Assembly: GCA_965112735.1 (NCBI GenBank)
Contig: OZ218950.1
Coordinates: 1,364,001 to 1,428,000 of the forward strand
Length of the DNA stretch: 64,000 bases
Source: Phaeosaccion multiseriatum
Taxonomy: Eukaryota; Protista; Ochrophyta, other classes
Direction of reading: 5' to 3'
The translations under genes were made by a program, and so were the position numbers. Numbering within the stretch: the first letter of the stretch is position 1; every line of letters begins with the position of its first letter. The notes beneath the pieces were generated by a model that made no database searches, was not told the origin of the DNA, and was given only the letters and a program-made list of their open reading frames with translations. Positions 61,054-64,000 of the stretch are shown piece after piece.

Positions 61054-64000
61054 GACTGACTGACTGACTGACTGACTGACTGACTGGCTGGCTGAATGAC
61101 TGATACCGAGTCGACTTGACTGACCTGCCCGAACCGTCCGGCGCCAAGTGTGGCCACCTCGTCTTGGTAAGAGGCCGCTTCGAATAGATCCTCACACGAG
61201 AGCTTTGCCAACAGCAGAGCAGGCTTATCCTTGCCTGGGGAGGGAAGGGGGGGGGGGCAGTTGGTGATACAGGGCAGGGCATAGATGAGTCACATGCATC
61301 AAGGATCACATGAAGCAAGGGAGAGGAGAGGAGGGGAGGGGGCAGGAATGAGACCAAATTGAGGGGAGAGACAAGGTGTGGGGCAACCCACTCATATCCC
61401 TTATCCTCCACTGCCATCGCCCCCCCCCCTCACCCCCTCCCATCCACTGCCATCCACTGCCATCCCACCTCCCTCCTGTGTCCTGACACCGTCCCCCCCC
61501 CCCCCTGTCCCTTACCTAAGCGGTGAAGATGCGCCACCAGCCCGGGAAGCACGTGTTTGTTCTCAGGGGTGCAAAGATGGCACTGGATGGATGGGAGGAG
61601 GGATAGACAGACAGATAGACAAACGCACAGCCAAGCGAGTGAGAGAGGGGTGACGAGCATCAGAGGCACCTTCCCCTTCCCCTCCCCCTCCCCCTGATGA
61701 CCTGATCCTGACAGCTGACAATCCTGCTCCGGACACCTACCTGCAGGCCATACAGCATGTTGAAGCCTCCTCCTCCTCCTCCTCCTCCTCCTCCTCCTCC
61801 TCCTCCTCCTCCTCCTCCCTGCTGCTCGTCACTCGCGCAGTAGCGGGGATCGAGATGGGAACCTGCTTACACATGCACACACCGCACAAGCGCACACGCA
61901 AAGAAGAACACCATCACACGTGCGCGCACACACACATATACACACACACGCACGCACACACACACGCGCGCGTGAGAGAGAGAGAGGCCGGGAGATGCAG
62001 ACGAGGAGGTCCCTATGTCAGTGAGCAAATGTCGTCAGAGGGCCTGCGGCTGTGCCACAGTCGAGCAGATCATTCCTACCCCCATCCACTGCCATCTCTC
62101 ACTCCAACCTCGTCCACTGCCGTCCTTAACTCCCGCCCCTTCAACTCTCATCCACTGTCATCCACTGCCATCCACTGCCATCCACTGCCATCCACTGCCA
62201 TCCCCCCCATCCCTCCCATCCCTTCCATCACTCCCACCCCATCCACACACGCACCTCCATCTGCCTGCCCCGAGCCGAGCACGAGCAGCAGCAGCAGCGC
62301 CGTCTCATGCAGTGCAATGTCTCGATAGAGCGGAATGGCAGAGCGGCGATGGGCGGCGTAGTGCTGCTTCATCACTACTGTATCCCCAACTGCTGCATAC
62401 CCCTTCTCCTCCTCCTCCTCCTCCTCCTCCTCCTGCTCCTCTTCCTCCTCTTCCTCCTCCTCCTCCTCCTCCTCCTCCTCCTCCTGATCCTCCTCCTCCT
62501 CCTCCGCCCCCTGCTCCCACTGCTGCTGCTGCTGCTGCTGTTGCTGCTGCTCCAGCCTCCTCTGCTGCCGCTGAGCAAGGCGATAGGAAGTGACTTCCGC
62601 TGGTGGAAGATCCTTCGGGGAAGGAGGCACCGAAGGTGGAGGGGGCTTTTCCTGGCGACGACGACCTCCTGCACCGATATCACCATCATCACCACCACAA
62701 CCACCACTGTCAGTTACCTTGACTGGTTTGATGCCCTCCTCACTTTCACTATGGGCAGGAGCAGCAGCACCACCAGCAGCAGCAGCAGCAGCAGTTGGTG
62801 ATACAGCAGCAGCGGCAGTGGGCTCGAGTGACTCATCCAGCAGCGAGCCCTGCGAGGAGTATGCATACAAGCGACAGTTGGCCCCGACGCTGCTGCCCCT
62901 GTCACTGCTGCTCGGCGCATCGCTATCCGACGACAGCAGCTGCACTGAGGCACCCAAGGCCCCGCTGGACTCCCCTTCACCCCCCCCAGGCGTCCCTTTT
63001 GCTTCGGCTACAGCTCCTGCTGCTCCCACGGCTTGCCCTTCTTCTCCTCCTCCTCCCCCTCCCAACAACCCCAACGAGGGAGCGGAGAAAGACAAGGAGG
63101 ACTGAAGCAGCAGCCGCGGAGAGGAAGAGGAGAAGTCGAACCCCCCCCCCTGCCCCCGCCGATACGCCTGCCCCTGCCCATTCACTGCCATCCCCTGTCC
63201 CCCCTGCTGGAAGTGCGGGCTCTGAAGGTTCATTCTTGGTAGAGAGGTCGTGGCACGAAAGGAGTCAGCGCTTGGTGTGGACTGGATCACGGGCACAATG
63301 TCGAAGCAGCACTCGCTGTCACTGTCATCATCATCATCATCACCACCATCATCACCATCATCATCACTGGATCTACTTCCATCGTCGCTGCATCCACTGC
63401 CATCGCTCTCTCTGCTGTCTCGACTGTCATCATGACGGTTATTGCTGTTGCCGTCTCTGTCACCCTCATCAACACCCTCATCATCATCGACGGCATGCTG
63501 CCGCTCCTCGTGCTGCTGTTGCTGCTGCTGCTGCTTCTTCACGTGTTGGTAATCATCTTCCTCCCCGTCCTCCTCCTCCTCCTCCTCCTCCTCCTCGTCA
63601 TCCTTCCGACTGTGCTCCACCAAGGTCTTGGCGCTGACGCTGCCTCCGCTACCGACCTGTGCGTGTTGGATGCTGCGCGAAGTGCTCATCATCATCAAGT
63701 TGGGCATCTCCTGCCCTCCCAAGTCGGCCGAGCTGGGCGTGTGCAGGTGGAGGGGCGCTTCGCACGCTGCTACGGCCACCTCGGATAGCCCCCCCGGGAC
63801 AGCAGCAACAACATCAGCAACAGCAGGAGCAGCAGTTGGTGACGCCCCAGCAGTTCGTGATACAGCAGGAGCAGCAGCAGCAGCAGCAGCAGCGTCTCTG
63901 CCCACCTCCGACCCGCCATCTGTGACACCGCCATCTGTGAGTCCGCCGCTTGACGTACCCATATTCATGCTTGTGCTCATACTCATCGTCACACTGCTCC
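57112..64000 (-). CDS. Ser/Thr protein kinase with long low-complexity N-terminal region; 5' end is outside the window. Kinase-region exons 61582-61516, 61234-61125, 60547-60215, 59763-59694, 59289-59110, 58910-58608, 58114-58017, 57678-57112
   Basis: LGAGRFGQV, VAVKR, EVRALQ, HFDLKCDN, DFGEA, RGTECIQAPE, DVWAAGCLLYEL, RNPNLRP. GT..AG junctions are phase-compatible. Upstream exon boundaries are less certain. Confidence 0.85.
58140..58445. repeat. (GGGA)n intronic microsatellite
   Basis: Directly visible. Confidence 0.95.
59292..60120. repeat. Two long (GAG)n tracts (about 59292-59570 and 59837-60120) in adjacent kinase introns
   Basis: Each has roughly 90 near-perfect triplets. Confidence 0.95.
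60680..61100. repeat. (CTGA)n degenerate intronic microsatellite
   Basis: Directly visible. Confidence 0.9.

Noticed and set aside
1-64000. CRISPR arrays, rRNA or tRNA genes
   Set aside because: No repeat-spacer structure or recognisable structural RNA seen; the tandem repeats are simple microsatellites.

Overview
Intron-rich eukaryotic genomic DNA. An ochrophyte alga (eustigmatophyte-like) is inferred from a signal-peptide+Phe plastid presequence and microsatellite-filled introns. About 42 kb (13444-55282, +) is a single 15-exon gene for a giant modular type I polyketide synthase of about 12,983 aa. The ORF track shows it as several ORFs only because of short introns; all junctions are GT..AG and phase-compatible. 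Architecture: KS(Cys>Ser)-ACP | KS-AT-DH-ER*-KR-ACP | KS-DH-ER-KR-ACP | KS-AT-DH-ER-KR-ACP | KS-AT-KR-ACP | KS-DH-ER-KR-ACP | KS-AT-DH-ER-KR-ACP | KS-ACP. It has no thioesterase or reductase. It ends instead in a six-TM, three-beta-helix domain of the epsilon-poly-L-lysine synthetase (Pls)/TIGR02353 type. Seven KS domains carry a phase-2 intron at the same codon, so the large exons are in-frame-skippable module cassettes. Left flank: a Bub1-like kinase with an apparent plastid presequence (head-to-head with VPS45), an ankyrin-repeat gene and a decayed transposon-like ORF. Right flank: a decayed paralog of the Pls-type terminal domain and a Ser/Thr kinase. All calls come from motif reading by eye; no database searches were run.
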